Below are positions 63,161 to 64,000 of a DNA stretch of 64,000 nt, piece after piece. Under the pieces are notes generated by a model, which saw only the letters and a program-made list of their open reading frames with translations, did not search any database and had not been told where the DNA came from. Position 1 is the first letter of the stretch. Each line of letters opens with the position of its first letter. Source of the stretch: Rhynchobatus australiae (Eukaryota); the NCBI GenBank assembly GCA_034780895.1, contig JAUZTB010000118.1, forward strand, positions 26,058,753 to 26,122,752, read 5' to 3'. The translations under genes and the position numbers were made by a program.

Positions 63161-63269
63161 ACGATGGATCCATTATATTCTATGTGATGAAGGTGTTTCC
63201 ACATTGATGTTGAGCAGGGATTCCTCAGATTTTGACTCAGTGACGATAAAGAAATGGTAATAGAGAGTA

Positions 63270-63592
63270 ATGTAGAGATACAGTATGGAAACAGGCCCTT
63301 CGACCTACTGGGTCCGCACTGACCATCATCTGCCCACTTGCACTAATCCTATATTAATCCCAGTTTTCGCCCTCTCCACAATCTCATCAACATCTCCCCA
63401 ATTCTACTACTCATCTGCACGCTAGGGACATTTTACAGTGGTCATTTAACCTACCAACCTGCACGTCATTGGGATGTGGGAGGAAACCAGAAGTAGCCAA
63501 GGCGATCACAGGAAGATTGTGCAAACTCCACACAGACAGCACCTGAGGTCAGGATTGAACCCAGCTCTCTAGCGCTGTAAAGCAACAGCTCT
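63270..63592 (-). mobile_element. V-SINE
   Basis: ggaaacaggcccttcg..gggatgtgggaggaaacc..gtgcaaactccacacagacagcacctgaggtcaggattgaaccc. Confidence 0.8.
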
Positions 63593-64000
63593 GATGTACC
63601 AGTTTTCCCTTATGTTGGAGAGGTAACAGTGTACAACAGCCTGGCTATGGCAGATTGCTCAGAATAGAGGATAGCCAATATGTAAAGGAACAGGGATTTA
63701 ATGTGGCGGCCAAAAGTGGCCCATATTTTTGTCTTGTCAATGGTCAGAGTGAGCTGTGCTCAAGTGACAGCAAAGATCAGCACAGTCATTAACACTGCAA
63801 GCCAAATGATTGCACCATCAGAATGCCGATGTTGGGCAGTCCAGCCAATTCACTCTAAAACAAACTATTCCTATCATGTGTTCATCGAGTTGGTGAACTC
63901 AAAATCCACCCCAAGATTTCTCCATTCAACCAGTGAACAGATGTTAGCTTCAAATTGAAGATGTCATTCAGCAGATGCACACATTTTTCAGTCGCATACT

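Noticed and set aside
43991-64000. Second coding exon of lurap1l
   Set aside because: I found no VNLRATDVRLMRQLL-like peptide in the ORF track or by eye. It is probably beyond the window or in a gap.

Overview
Vertebrate genomic DNA from a draft scaffold with about 14 N-gaps. The repeat content (V-SINEs, CR1-like LINEs, Rex1/Babar tails, Penelope-like fragments) points to a cartilaginous fish, probably a ray; this is inference. The window holds a complete, intact tyrp1 gene (tyrosinase-related protein 1) on the + strand: six coding exons at 12017-12697, 17351-17555, 21591-21758, 25486-25665, 27420-27566 and 29148-29356, giving 1590 nt and 529 aa, with all introns GT-AG. It also holds the first coding exon of lurap1l (43784-43990), the known TYRP1 neighbour. 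Most of the remainder is decayed transposable elements. The most notable region is the 5' end of tyrp1. The equivalents of mammalian coding exons 2 and 3, and apparently non-coding exon 1, form one uninterrupted, extremely GC-rich exon. The 5'UTR is a 34-bp minisatellite. The core promoter resembles the mammalian one but its M-box core reads CATGGG. A degenerate satellite of about 113 bp opens intron 1. Several Penelope-type terminal repeats carry degenerate hammerhead-ribozyme cores. I see no CRISPR array or prokaryote-type system, and I cannot support a claim of a wholly new biological system here. Comparisons with human or mouse sequences are from memory and need alignment. Repeat boundaries are approximate.
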